NCBI GenBank assembly: GCA_015523295.1
Contig: WAKQ01000010.1
Location: forward strand, 59,021 to 123,020
DNA length: 64,000 bases
Direction: 5' to 3'
DNA from: Desulfurococcales archaeon
Lineage (GTDB): Archaea > Thermoproteota > Thermoprotei_A > Sulfolobales > NBVN01
Below the pieces are notes generated by a model that searched no databases, was not told the origin of the DNA, and saw only the letters and a program-made list of their open reading frames with translations. Numbering within the stretch: position 1 is the stretch's first letter; each line of letters starts with the position of its first letter. The position numbers and the translations under genes are program-made. Of this stretch, positions 9,929 through 19,044 are shown piece by piece.

Positions 9929-10234
9929 GTGTGCGAGGACAAACCAGCTGTCGCGAAGTGCAAGATTTGTGGGAGAGAGGTCTGCGAGGATCATATAGCT
10001 GACGGCATATGCAGCGTGTGCAGGGACCTTATGGTTATGTATAAAGGAAAATTAAAACCTGCAGTAGGTAGGTGCCCCTTCTGCGGCCGTTTAATTTGCA
10101 GAGAATGCTCTGTGGAAATAGAGCCTGGAGTCAGAGTTTGCAAGGACTGTTTTCAGAAGCTTGACGAATATTTTAGAAAGTACCCGGTTTTAAGGGGATG
10201 TTACTCGAGATATCTGAGGGTGCTTAAAGCTTAA
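9929..10234 (+). CDS. Small Cys-rich zinc-finger protein (cross-brace / B-box-like plus a second CxxC cluster)
   Basis: C-x2-C-x8-C-x2-C-x4-C-x2-H-x5-C-x2-C pattern, then CPFC-x4-CREC-x10-CKDC. The first CxxC spans the annotated GTG, so the true start may lie upstream. Confidence 0.5.
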   Translation: MCEDKPAVAKCKICGREVCEDHIADGICSVCRDLMVMYKGKLKPAVGRCPFCGRLICRECSVEIEPGVRVCKDCFQKLDEYFRKYPVLRGCYSRYLRVLKA

Positions 10235-10269
10235 AACTTTATAATAGTAACTCACACCTAGGTGGTAGC

Positions 10270-10791
10270 ATGTCGTTTGCTGAAGCTGCGAAGATGATGG
10301 AAACCATTAATGAAAGGTTTAAGTCTACTAGGGAGGAGGCCGTAAAGGCTGTCAGCGCTCTCAAGATCTCAGCCTTTCATCTTCTAGGAGACTCCATATC
10401 TAGGCTTACAGAGGCTGTAGAGTACCTTTCGGAGATAGAGCGGGCAGCTGGAGTGAGCGGTACCGTTGGAAAAATATGTGACTCTTGGAACTACGTAAAT
10501 TATGAGAAGATCACTTCTGTAAGCAAACTGAAGCCTGCCCTAGCTTTGATGCATGACTCTGAAAAGAATCTTCTCAAGGTTTCTATGCCTGTTTTAGCCT
10601 TCGAGCTACAGCCTAGTAAGGCGTCAATAATCTATCGGGGTAATAGGATAGAAATACCCCTTACTTTGAAGGGTGTTGAGGAAAAAGCCGACCTCATTAA
10701 GGCCTTGGGTTCTAAGATCCTTTACCTAGTGGATGCGGTAAGCAGTAGGGTTGAGGCATGTGGGAAGATAAGGTATGGCGTAAGGATCTAA
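10270..10791 (+). CDS. Hypothetical protein
   Basis: 173-aa ORF with an ATG start just after the previous gene. I recognised no motif. Confidence 0.4.
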   Translation: MSFAEAAKMMETINERFKSTREEAVKAVSALKISAFHLLGDSISRLTEAVEYLSEIERAAGVSGTVGKICDSWNYVNYEKITSVSKLKPALALMHDSEKNLLKVSMPVLAFELQPSKASIIYRGNRIEIPLTLKGVEEKADLIKALGSKILYLVDAVSSRVEACGKIRYGVRI

Positions 10792-10795
10792 AGCA

Positions 10796-11263
10796 TTAGG
10801 TCTTCGCACTCCAAATAACTTCATTTCCGCAGAGAATGAAAACAATTCGGTAATTACTCCTCCTCTCACTGGAGAATCTTTTTACGCGGGGGAGGATAGT
10901 TTCCAACCAATCAAAACTACCGCTCCTTAAACGGCAACCCAGTAGTTGGTCATCGTTATCGCCCGTACATTGAATTATTGGCTTATTTATGAATGGCAGT
11001 AAGGGCCCTCTATACACTTCAAGGTAGTAGCCTTGCCTCCCGGTAGGTGTAGGGCCATTAACCATTATGCCTGTGAACATGCTTTGACGGCATTTAGCCG
11101 GTACTTCAATAATCTTGGTGGCAGTAGGCTTTAAGAGATCCTTGAGGCTCGGTGGCATCTCCTCAAGCAGAGATTTGATCTCATCCTCCTTTGCTAGGAA
11201 AGGGATCCCGTTAGCTAGGTACCCAAACCTGATGTGCAAAGCCTTATCCTCCAACACCTTCAC
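10796..11263 (-). CDS. Hypothetical protein
   Basis: 155-aa ORF, convergent with the previous gene across a 4-nt gap. I recognised no motif. Confidence 0.4.
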   Translation of the reverse strand: MKVLEDKALHIRFGYLANGIPFLAKEDEIKSLLEEMPPSLKDLLKPTATKIIEVPAKCRQSMFTGIMVNGPTPTGRQGYYLEVYRGPLLPFINKPIIQCTGDNDDQLLGCRLRSGSFDWLETILPRVKRFSSERRSNYRIVFILCGNEVIWSAKT

Positions 11264-11303
11264 TTAATTTAAAATTGTATATCTTGCTTTTTAATAAGAG
11301 TCG

Positions 11304-12155
11304 GTGATGGCGATGATCGGTATAGTCTATAGTCTCTCCGATCCTGCGGGGTCTGGCATCGCCGAATATATTAAGGAAACGTGCTCAGCGGATGAGATCG
11401 ATGTATTAAGGGCTAGAGGAGCATGGAAAATTAAAGGACTTGAAGCTGTGTTGGCTGGCTTTGCAGAGGACGTTATTTACTTCGACTTCTTAGACGAGGT
11501 TTTTCCAGATGCTCAATACTTCGTTTTTCTCTCAAGGCATTCTTCTTCTGCACATGTCAAGTCACTGACCACCCATCACACAGGAAATCCTCGAAGTAGG
11601 GCTGATGCTGGAGGGAAGCCATATGAGTTGTCAGTCTCTAACCCCCCACTCGCATGGTCCTTCCTTAAAGGTCTCTACAACCGTGTCAGTTCATCAAGTC
11701 TGCGAGATTTCCAGGTGACTTACGAAGCAACTCATCACGGCCCTACAAGCCTCAGCAAGCCATTAACTTTCATTGAGATAGGTTCATCTCCTGAGGAATG
11801 GAGGCTTAGGAAAGCCCATGAACTAGTTGGGGAGGTAGTCATAGAGGCGTTGAAGGAGGGGCTTGAAAAAATCTCCTGTAAACCTACAGCCGGTTTCGGA
11901 GGCCAACACTATGCAGAGAAATTCACGAGAAGGGCCTTAGAACTAGGAGAGTGCTACGGGCATATAATACCGAGATACGCTCTGAAGGAGCTGAGGGATG
12001 ATTCCCAGAACTTGAAGAGGGTTGTTCGCTCAGCCCTGACAAAGTCGTCAGTGAAGATAGAGCGAGCGGTAGTTCTGAGGAAGGCTGGAGGAGTTGTTAG
12101 GAGGGCAGTAGAGGAGATGGCTCAAGAGTTTTCAATCGAGGTCGTCAGGGATTAG
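11304..12155 (+). CDS. dtdA: D-aminoacyl-tRNA deacylase, archaeal type (DTD2)
   Basis: About 280 aa. N-terminus IGIVYSLSDPAGSGIA, with SRHSS...LTTHHTGN and EATHHGPT motifs characteristic of archaeal DTD2. Confidence 0.7.
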   Translation: MMAMIGIVYSLSDPAGSGIAEYIKETCSADEIDVLRARGAWKIKGLEAVLAGFAEDVIYFDFLDEVFPDAQYFVFLSRHSSSAHVKSLTTHHTGNPRSRADAGGKPYELSVSNPPLAWSFLKGLYNRVSSSSLRDFQVTYEATHHGPTSLSKPLTFIEIGSSPEEWRLRKAHELVGEVVIEALKEGLEKISCKPTAGFGGQHYAEKFTRRALELGECYGHIIPRYALKELRDDSQNLKRVVRSALTKSSVKIERAVVLRKAGGVVRRAVEEMAQEFSIEVVRD

Positions 12156-12229
12156 TTCCGTATATTTTAAACTACGTTTCCGGACGTCATTCTTTAAAGC
12201 TCCTCTTACCCTATTAGTGAGGGTAGCGT

Positions 12230-12907
12230 GTGAGAAAGGTAGTGCTTAAGTTAACGGGTAAACTTTTCAGGAAGGAACACGCCAATAAAATAAATGAGAT
12301 AGTCGGGTATATCACTGAATTTGTAGGGAGTGGAGGGAGAATAGCGGTTGTTACTGGAGGGGGTCAACTGGCAAGGGACTACATAGAATTAGGGGCTGAG
12401 GCAGGATTAAGGAGTAGGTCATGGCAAGATGTTATAGGGGTTGCCGCGTCCCGCCTTAATGCGTTACTATTCGCTTCCCTTCTGGATGAACACGCATATC
12501 TGCCTATACCTGAGTCTATCGAGGATTTCCTTCAGGCATGGTCGTCAGGGAAGGTCGTAATTATGGGTGGCCTGCAACCTGGTCAGTCGACAAATGCGGT
12601 AGCTGCTGCAATTGCAGAGCTAATTGCTGCGGACGTACTCATAAATGCCTCAGTGGTTGACGGTGTATATAATAAAGACCCTAACAGATTCGCTGATGCT
12701 AGGTTACTTAAGCATGTTAAGGTTGAGAAGCTCAGAGAATATCTTCAACAGTCCTTCATGCCCGGGAAGTATGAATTACTAGATCCCGTAGCTCTAGGAA
12801 TTATAGAGAGGTCTAAGTTAAGAGTTGTTTTCTTAAACGCCTTAAAACCCTTGAAAATTAGGCACGCCCTTAAAGGAGATTTCTCGGTAGGCACTTTAGT
12901 TGAATAA
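12230..12907 (+). CDS. pyrH: Uridylate (UMP) kinase, archaeal type
   Basis: Amino-acid-kinase fold: VVLKLTGKLF, VVTGGGQLARDY, STNAVAAAIAE, DGVYNKDP. 225 aa. Confidence 0.85.
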   Translation: MRKVVLKLTGKLFRKEHANKINEIVGYITEFVGSGGRIAVVTGGGQLARDYIELGAEAGLRSRSWQDVIGVAASRLNALLFASLLDEHAYLPIPESIEDFLQAWSSGKVVIMGGLQPGQSTNAVAAAIAELIAADVLINASVVDGVYNKDPNRFADARLLKHVKVEKLREYLQQSFMPGKYELLDPVALGIIERSKLRVVFLNALKPLKIRHALKGDFSVGTLVE

Positions 12908-12954
12908 TAGCTTAAGGCGCAAACCTAAATACCTCCTAACGCCTTCTTTCTTGG

Positions 12955-13064
12955 GCGGGGGTGCCCGAGCTCGGCCAAAGGGGGCGGGCTCAAGACCTTC
13001 CGGCTATGCGGGAGAGACCCGCTGGCGTAGGCCTGCGTGGGTTCGAATCCCACCCCCCGCACCA
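12955..13064 (+). tRNA. tRNA-Leu (CAA) with 22-nt intron at 37/38 and encoded CCA
   Basis: Acceptor GCGGGGG/CCCCCGC with discriminator A and CCA. Anticodon stem GCGGG/CCCGC with loop CUCAAG[intron 12995..13016]A. Long variable arm UGGCGUAGGCCUGCG. T arm GUGGG-UUCGAAU-CCCAC. Confidence 0.85.
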
Positions 13065-13084
13065 AAAATAAGAGGGTATAAAAG

Positions 13085-14101
13085 TTGGCTAGGATCAGGG
13101 CTCTTACGCTGATGATCCCGGAGATAAGCGGTTGTAGCTCATTATTTAATGAAGTAAGGAAACTTACCTCCTTGAAGAGGGAGCTAAGAGATGTTTGGAC
13201 TATCAGGGTATCTGTGGGAGGGGTCTTCGCTGAGAGATGCATAAAAGAGATAGCAGAGAAAGGTGTTCTCATAGCTTCCTATCATTCTCACCTTAAGGAA
13301 GTTGAATTAAGGGGCCTGGTAAACTACTTGAGTTATGGTAACACGTATGCTTCCTTGAAGGTATCTTCTAACCAAGAACTGGATCTTATCCCAGAGATTC
13401 TTGAGAGCCTTTCAAATATATTAGGCGCTGACTCGCTTACCAGAGTTGCATTTTCCATCGGAGGTGAGGTTGAGAGTCCCTACTTTCCTTTATCCTTCCC
13501 TAAGAGGTACGGTGTAGCTGTATCCCTCAGATATGCGGATGAGTTAAAAGGTCTTCACCCAGATGACTACGTGAAAAGAGTTAGCAGTGTTTTGAGCATG
13601 TATAGCAATGAGGTTGAAGGTAAGTCCAAGAGGTTAGGAGTTCCCTACCTGGGGGTTGATGCATCACTCTCTCCATGGATGGATGAGTCAGTAGTTCCTA
13701 TAGTTGAGGCAGCCTCAAGGGCTTCAATTCCTTCGGTAGGTATTGCAAGCGGTATTAGAGCAATCAATAAGGCTATTGAGGAAGCGGTTAAGAGGGCCTC
13801 AATTCCCTCGCTAGGCTTTAACGAATTAATGCTTCCCGTGGGTGAGGATAACATACTTAAGAAGCTCGTAAGCGAAGGGAAGCTAAGATTACATCACCTA
13901 ACCATGTATCCTGCTTACTGTGTGGCTGGGCTGGATATGGTAGGTGTACCTAAAGATAAGGAGTTAATAGTTAGAGCTGGAAGGGATTTGATTACTGCGC
14001 ATGAAGTTAAGGGAAGACCGGTGGGTATGAGGATAATAATTACTGAAAGGCCTCGCATTGAGATTAAGCATTTCGGAGTTATACCAATGGCTCTACCGTG
14101 A
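13085..14101 (+). CDS. DUF711/UPF0210-like protein
   Basis: 338-aa ORF. The C-terminal region CVAGLDMVGVPKD resembles the conserved G-LDM motif of the UPF0210 family. The assignment is tentative. Possible starts are TTG 13085 or ATG 13112. Confidence 0.45.
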   Translation: MARIRALTLMIPEISGCSSLFNEVRKLTSLKRELRDVWTIRVSVGGVFAERCIKEIAEKGVLIASYHSHLKEVELRGLVNYLSYGNTYASLKVSSNQELDLIPEILESLSNILGADSLTRVAFSIGGEVESPYFPLSFPKRYGVAVSLRYADELKGLHPDDYVKRVSSVLSMYSNEVEGKSKRLGVPYLGVDASLSPWMDESVVPIVEAASRASIPSVGIASGIRAINKAIEEAVKRASIPSLGFNELMLPVGEDNILKKLVSEGKLRLHHLTMYPAYCVAGLDMVGVPKDKELIVRAGRDLITAHEVKGRPVGMRIIITERPRIEIKHFGVIPMALP

Positions 14102-14278
14102 AGATAGACTGTTAAGTAATTTAAGCAATGAATAAGATAAATAAAACATCAATAATACGCATATCGGTATTATTATTGAACCTAAATCCAGTATTACTAC
14201 ATGCAATTGAGGGCTTACTTGATCATTAAGCGTAGTAATTGACCAATACTTATTACTTGAAGGATCAAATATCAATAG

Positions 14279-14545
14279 GTGATGCTTACGAAGATTATCG
14301 AAATTGATATGAAACAGACTAGAACGATTACATTAAGAATATCTAGGAATCTCAATGATGAGATTGAAAGAATTGTTAGGGAAAAGGGATACTTTTCTAA
14401 AAGTGACTTCATAAGAGACGCACTTAACGAGTTTCTCAGTGAATTTGAGAAAAGCGCTGCGGTAGATCCTAATTATAAACAATTTGAAGCAGATGACGGC
14501 TCCCAAAACTTGGTTGACAACCCTAATCTCGTCGTGATCTACTAG
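14279..14545 (+). CDS. Ribbon-helix-helix (CopG/Arc-type) DNA-binding protein
   Basis: RTITLRISRNLNDEIERIVREKGYFSKSDFIRDALNEFL gives a beta-strand, helix, helix pattern followed by an acidic tail. It lies in an AT-rich islet. Confidence 0.6.
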   Translation: MMLTKIIEIDMKQTRTITLRISRNLNDEIERIVREKGYFSKSDFIRDALNEFLSEFEKSAAVDPNYKQFEADDGSQNLVDNPNLVVIY

Positions 14546-14677
14546 CTTAAGCCCTTTTAGAGATTGATAGTGCCCTCAAATAAAAGGAAAGTATTTTACA
14601 TTAAGGAATCTAATACATTAATTTGTTTATTTCTTAATTAGCTCAAAGGTAGATACCTAGTAAATGGTGGTTATGAG

Positions 14678-15640
14678 GTGAGAGAATATGAAGACACTGT
14701 TATTTACCTTGCCCTAAAGAGAGATAAGAAGGCATTGGCTAGGATAATCTCCTTGATTGAGAGAGATCCTGATAAGGCTACGTTATTGCTGAGGAAATTA
14801 TGGCCTAGAAACCCTCGTTCCCACGTAGTAGGGTTTACAGGTCCGGGGGGAGTTGGGAAGTCAACTCTAATATCATCAGTTATTAAATTACTCACAGATT
14901 TAGGGAAAAGTGTCGCTGTTCTGGCCATTGATCCCTCCTCGCCTATAAGCGGAGGGGCTTTGCTTGGTGACCGAGTGAGAATGAGGGATGTTAGGGGAGA
15001 TGTATTCATAAGGTCTATGAGTACGGCTGCTGAGGAGTCATTGCCATGGAAGGCCTTGATAGCGGTTGAGGTTTTAGAGGGGGTGGGCTTCGATTATATC
15101 CTGTTAGAAACTCCGGGCGTCGGTCAATTCAATGTTGAAATAATGAATGCTGTTGATACGGTAGTTTTAGTCTTAATGCCTGAATTAGGGGATGAGATAC
15201 AGTCGCTAAAGGCTGGTCTGATGGAGATAGGTCATATTTATGTGGTTAATAAGGCAGACCTTCCAGGAGCTGATTTAATGGCTTCCCAAATAGAGGCTTC
15301 AGTAAGTGGGGTGTTAGTAAATGGATGGAAACCATGCCTAGTCAAAACTATTGCTTTTAGTAAGGAAAGGGTACGTGGCCTTGTTGAAGCTCTTTTCAAG
15401 AGGGATGAATACTTGAGAAAGCGTACTGACCTCCTCCATAAAAAGAGGGCAAACAGATGGTTGCTTGAGGTAAGGCTCATTACGGAAGACACCTTCAAAA
15501 ATAAGCTTCACGCGTATCTATCGAAAGGCACTGTTATGAGAAATTTACTGAACGAAATCCTATCTAAAGGTCAGGACACGATAACGCTCTCGAATCTGGT
15601 TCTAAAGGAATTGAGTTCGATGATACAGGAAAATAAATAA
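14678..15640 (+). CDS. meaB: MeaB/ArgK-type G3E GTPase (methylmalonyl-CoA mutase accessory protein)
   Basis: P-loop GFTGPGGVGKSTLI, then DPSSPISGGALLGDRVRM, ETPGVGQ and NKADL. 320 aa. Confidence 0.85.
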   Translation: MREYEDTVIYLALKRDKKALARIISLIERDPDKATLLLRKLWPRNPRSHVVGFTGPGGVGKSTLISSVIKLLTDLGKSVAVLAIDPSSPISGGALLGDRVRMRDVRGDVFIRSMSTAAEESLPWKALIAVEVLEGVGFDYILLETPGVGQFNVEIMNAVDTVVLVLMPELGDEIQSLKAGLMEIGHIYVVNKADLPGADLMASQIEASVSGVLVNGWKPCLVKTIAFSKERVRGLVEALFKRDEYLRKRTDLLHKKRANRWLLEVRLITEDTFKNKLHAYLSKGTVMRNLLNEILSKGQDTITLSNLVLKELSSMIQENK

Positions 15641-15667
15641 AAAACCCCTACATGAGAAAACGGTTAG

Positions 15668-15765
15668 GGGGCCGTAGTTTAGCTTGGGAGAATGCGGGGC
15701 TTGGGTCCTCACTCACACGGCAGGAACCCCCGTGGTCCGGGGTTCAAATCCCCGCGGCCCCACCA
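15668..15765 (+). tRNA. tRNA-Pro (UGG) with about 21-nt intron at 37/38 and encoded CCA
   Basis: Acceptor GGGGCCG/CGGCCCC plus A-CCA. Anticodon stem CGGGG/CCCCG with loop CUUGGG[intron 15706..15726]C. T arm CGGGG-UUCAAAU-CCCCG. Confidence 0.8.
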
Positions 15766-15896
15766 ACTCCTTGCCTAGTTGAAAAATTTTATACGTCTAG
15801 ATTTTTTCTGGGATATGTTCAATAATCAGTGAATTGGTTAAAAAGACCGATGAATTAATTAACTCCACGGTTTTATCCTTTTAAGGATGTATCAAA

Positions 15897-17690
15897 ATGC
15901 AACGTGTTATCCCACCCCTTGAAGAAATAACTCCTGAGAAGTTTAAGGAGACATTCCAAAGGATAATTGAGTTGAAGAAAAAGGCAGGCTTAATAGCTTT
16001 AAGAGATAATCCCCCAGACCTCTTCGAAAGAGCTAAGATGTACGGGATGCAATACAATAACGGCTCCTGGAACTGGGCTTCCAATATATGGAGTAGATCA
16101 GCAGCTAATACCGTAGTGATAGAGAACGATGATGAGATAAGGACGGAGCACAAGCTCCTTATGATGAGAGTACTTGAACACGTTCTAGCCCAAGGCCCGT
16201 TTATTAAAGTTGACGGGTATGCAGGGAAGCCAGGCACTAAGGCTCAGATGCATACCGCCGTGTATGTAGACCCTCAATTCCCCGACCTCGCCTTGAGGTG
16301 GAAGGCTTTAGTCTTCCCAGCCCCGCCGGATGAAAAACCTGATGTCGAGGTCTTCGTAGTCCCTCATTATTTGGGCAACCCTAACATACCCGGTACAGAC
16401 AGAATGATGATGGTTATGAGGTTCCCCCACCACAACTTCACGATAGTGACGGTCTCCTCCTATCAAGGAGAAGTTAAAAAAGCGGTTCTCACACACTGGA
16501 TCTACCATGTTTATAAACAGGGAGGTACGGGGGAACACGCAGCTCTCAGGGAGTTCACGGTCAAGACAGTTGATGGTGAATGGAAGAGGATCATTATGGG
16601 TGTGTGGGGTCTTACAGGGACAGGTAAGTCAACACACGGGCTATACGTATGGACACCTGAAAACTCGCAGAAGTACATTAAAGACTTCGGCGTAAATCCT
16701 TTGGACTATGTGAAAGATCAAGCTATTAAGAATGATGACATTATAGGAATATTTGAGGATACAGTCATAGGGTCAGAGGCAGGAAGCTGGACCAAAACAG
16801 AGGATCTAACTCCTGAGCAGGTAGCTATATGGCGTGCGGCAAACAGCCCTCATGCATTACATGAAAACACTGAATTCGATGAGAAGGGGTATCCTTCATT
16901 TAAGGGGGAGCTCTTCCAATACTTTGGGGCCCCTAACAAAAACGCCAGATCCGTGCTTAGACTTGAAGACACGGGTTACTTTGACGGTGATGTTCAGTCC
17001 AGTGGGCCGTTAAACACTGCTATATTTCTGAGTCCTGGGTACTTCACAGAGTGGGCATGGGTTAAGATAGTGGATCCAGCGCTAGCAGCTAAAGCCTTAG
17101 CGGACGGGAGGACAATAGGACATCCTGCGCAGGCGAAGGAAGTAGTAGGTAGGCTTAGATTCGTTGCGAGATTCGCTTTGCCGTTCACCATGGGGGTACC
17201 CAGCACGGCTCATGTGGTAAGGTTCTATCAGTTCCTTAAAAAGAGGATAGAGAAAGGAGATCCCATAGAGGTTTACATGTTCAACACTACTGGTAGGATA
17301 ATAGCTAAGTACAAATGGGTTGAGAAGAAGCTAGGTAATAAGGTAATTGAGGCCCCAGAACCTATACTTGTCGAGAAAGAGGGGAGGCCGAGGCCCGTAG
17401 GAGGTGAGAGACCCACTATAGAGGAAACAGAACTCTTCATCCTTCAGGCAACAAGGGGAGCTGTAGAATATAAGCCTCATCCCGTATGGGGTGAGAAGGT
17501 GTTAATACCTAAGGACGTGCCCGGATTAACTCAAGAGAGATTAAAGCAGCTTGACCCGACGAATTATCTTACCTTAGAGGAATTCAGGAAGCTCTTAAAG
17601 GCTCAAATAGAGGAAAGCAAGTACTGGCTAGACAAAAATGTTCCTGATCTTCCTAAGGAAATTTACAATGCAATGGATTTTGAAGATTGA
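15897..17690 (+). CDS. Divergent phosphoenolpyruvate carboxykinase (ATP)-like protein
   Basis: P-loop GLTGTGKSTHG parallels the PEPCK-ATP kinase-1a motif GLSGTGKTT. IKNDDIIGIF..GSEAGSWTKT parallels IGDDEHGW..FEGGCYAKT. NKNARSV parallels ENTRVSY. The rest of the protein is strongly diverged. 597 aa. Confidence 0.45.
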   Translation: MQRVIPPLEEITPEKFKETFQRIIELKKKAGLIALRDNPPDLFERAKMYGMQYNNGSWNWASNIWSRSAANTVVIENDDEIRTEHKLLMMRVLEHVLAQGPFIKVDGYAGKPGTKAQMHTAVYVDPQFPDLALRWKALVFPAPPDEKPDVEVFVVPHYLGNPNIPGTDRMMMVMRFPHHNFTIVTVSSYQGEVKKAVLTHWIYHVYKQGGTGEHAALREFTVKTVDGEWKRIIMGVWGLTGTGKSTHGLYVWTPENSQKYIKDFGVNPLDYVKDQAIKNDDIIGIFEDTVIGSEAGSWTKTEDLTPEQVAIWRAANSPHALHENTEFDEKGYPSFKGELFQYFGAPNKNARSVLRLEDTGYFDGDVQSSGPLNTAIFLSPGYFTEWAWVKIVDPALAAKALADGRTIGHPAQAKEVVGRLRFVARFALPFTMGVPSTAHVVRFYQFLKKRIEKGDPIEVYMFNTTGRIIAKYKWVEKKLGNKVIEAPEPILVEKEGRPRPVGGERPTIEETELFILQATRGAVEYKPHPVWGEKVLIPKDVPGLTQERLKQLDPTNYLTLEEFRKLLKAQIEESKYWLDKNVPDLPKEIYNAMDFED

Positions 17691-17753
17691 ACAAGTAAGT
17701 AGGTGTGCTTTTTAAATGAAAAGTCAACGCCTTGTTTTCTAGCAGATTGAAAA

Positions 17754-18272
17754 CTACATCGTTGTTGTAGTCGATTCTCTACCACTTCCTTTAGGTATTA
17801 TAGGAAAGTCTTCATTAAATGTTGAGACTATTATGAGGAATGAGTTTACTAACACCATGAGTTTACTGAGTAGTCTAGGTTTAAAAGCTTCGTCAACTTC
17901 ATCATCAAAAATGGTCAACCCTACACTGACCCCCTTAGGGTCTATGGGATTTGGCTGGATAGCTATGCTGCAAGTATTGCAAGCGGTTATCAATCTTGAA
18001 AGAAGTTTAGATGAGAACTTAAGTCTTCCCTCGTCTTTCAACCTTGCTAATGCTGCCTGATGCTCCGGTGAGACCCCAACACCTAATAAGAGTATCACCC
18101 TGTCCGGCCTCTCATCAGGCTTGAAGATTTTAATGTTAACCCTTAAGGGTGGAGGTGTGAAGACATCTACGCCCCACTTAAACCTCACCTGAGGCGATGG
18201 AGTAAGTTTCTTCACCTCGAAGCCCTCATCAATCAACCACTTAGTTATTAAATTCTGAACCTTGTCACTCAA
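17754..18272 (-). CDS. Hypothetical protein (conserved-archaeal look, function unknown)
   Basis: 172-aa ORF with no catalytic motif recognised. Confidence 0.4.
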   Translation of the reverse strand: MSDKVQNLITKWLIDEGFEVKKLTPSPQVRFKWGVDVFTPPPLRVNIKIFKPDERPDRVILLLGVGVSPEHQAALARLKDEGRLKFSSKLLSRLITACNTCSIAIQPNPIDPKGVSVGLTIFDDEVDEAFKPRLLSKLMVLVNSFLIIVSTFNEDFPIIPKGSGRESTTTTM

Positions 18273-18432
18273 CTTTACCTACCTATCCTTAGAGTGAGTG
18301 GCGAATTAAAGATGTTAGCCTTACTCAATTAACGTCCCGGTAATTGACTTCCCTTAGAACTGCATGAACTACTAAATCTTATATTAATCATAAGCTAACT
18401 ATGCTTAAAGGCATTGCAAAGGGGACATCAGT

Positions 18433-19044
18433 TTGAAGGATCTCCCAGAGGAATTCATTGATTACGTATTTAGAAGACGTAAAGCATCCGTTCTCAAAAT
18501 GGTAGAGGGAGGATTAACCGATAAAGAAATTCTTCTTGAGTTCACAAGGACAACACCAGCTGTGATAACTTATGGACCTGCTGGTCTAAGCGGCTCAATT
18601 AAAATGGTTGGCTTTCTCCCTAAAGCAGGCTCATTACCTACGGTAGTTAAAAATATTAGAGAATTGCTCAGTCATAAGTCCTCAATGTCTTTTAAGGAAT
18701 TCATGGTTAGATTTGTGACCATGGTATATGACGAGAACATCATGGATCTTGGACGGTTTGGAGGGCTTGAGATGGCGTTTAGGCATTCATGGAATAACAT
18801 TAGAGCCACAGGCAAGGCAACATTGCTATTCTATACTCCTCCTACAATATCTTATGAAGTGCGATGCAGTGTAAAGGTACATGAGGGTGATGGGATTTAC
18901 GAATATCTCAACCTCTTACACGATGTTTTCCACACACCTGATACTGGGAGAAGCGAATACCCTGCATATGAGTTCCTCGTTAATGAAATATATGATCAAT
19001 CCGCCACTCCTCAGGGCTTTGGAAGGCTTATCTACAAGGCCTGA
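18433..19044 (+). CDS. Hypothetical protein
   Basis: 203-aa ORF with a TTG start. I recognised no motif. Its stop codon abuts the stop of the convergent gene. Confidence 0.4.
   Translation: MKDLPEEFIDYVFRRRKASVLKMVEGGLTDKEILLEFTRTTPAVITYGPAGLSGSIKMVGFLPKAGSLPTVVKNIRELLSHKSSMSFKEFMVRFVTMVYDENIMDLGRFGGLEMAFRHSWNNIRATGKATLLFYTPPTISYEVRCSVKVHEGDGIYEYLNLLHDVFHTPDTGRSEYPAYEFLVNEIYDQSATPQGFGRLIYKA

Noticed and set aside
12900-13272. ORFs 12900..13112 (+) and 12925..13272 (-)
   Set aside because: Both overlap tRNA-Leu (12955..13064) and the start of the DUF711-like gene. They are explained by the tRNA and by antisense reading of a real CDS.
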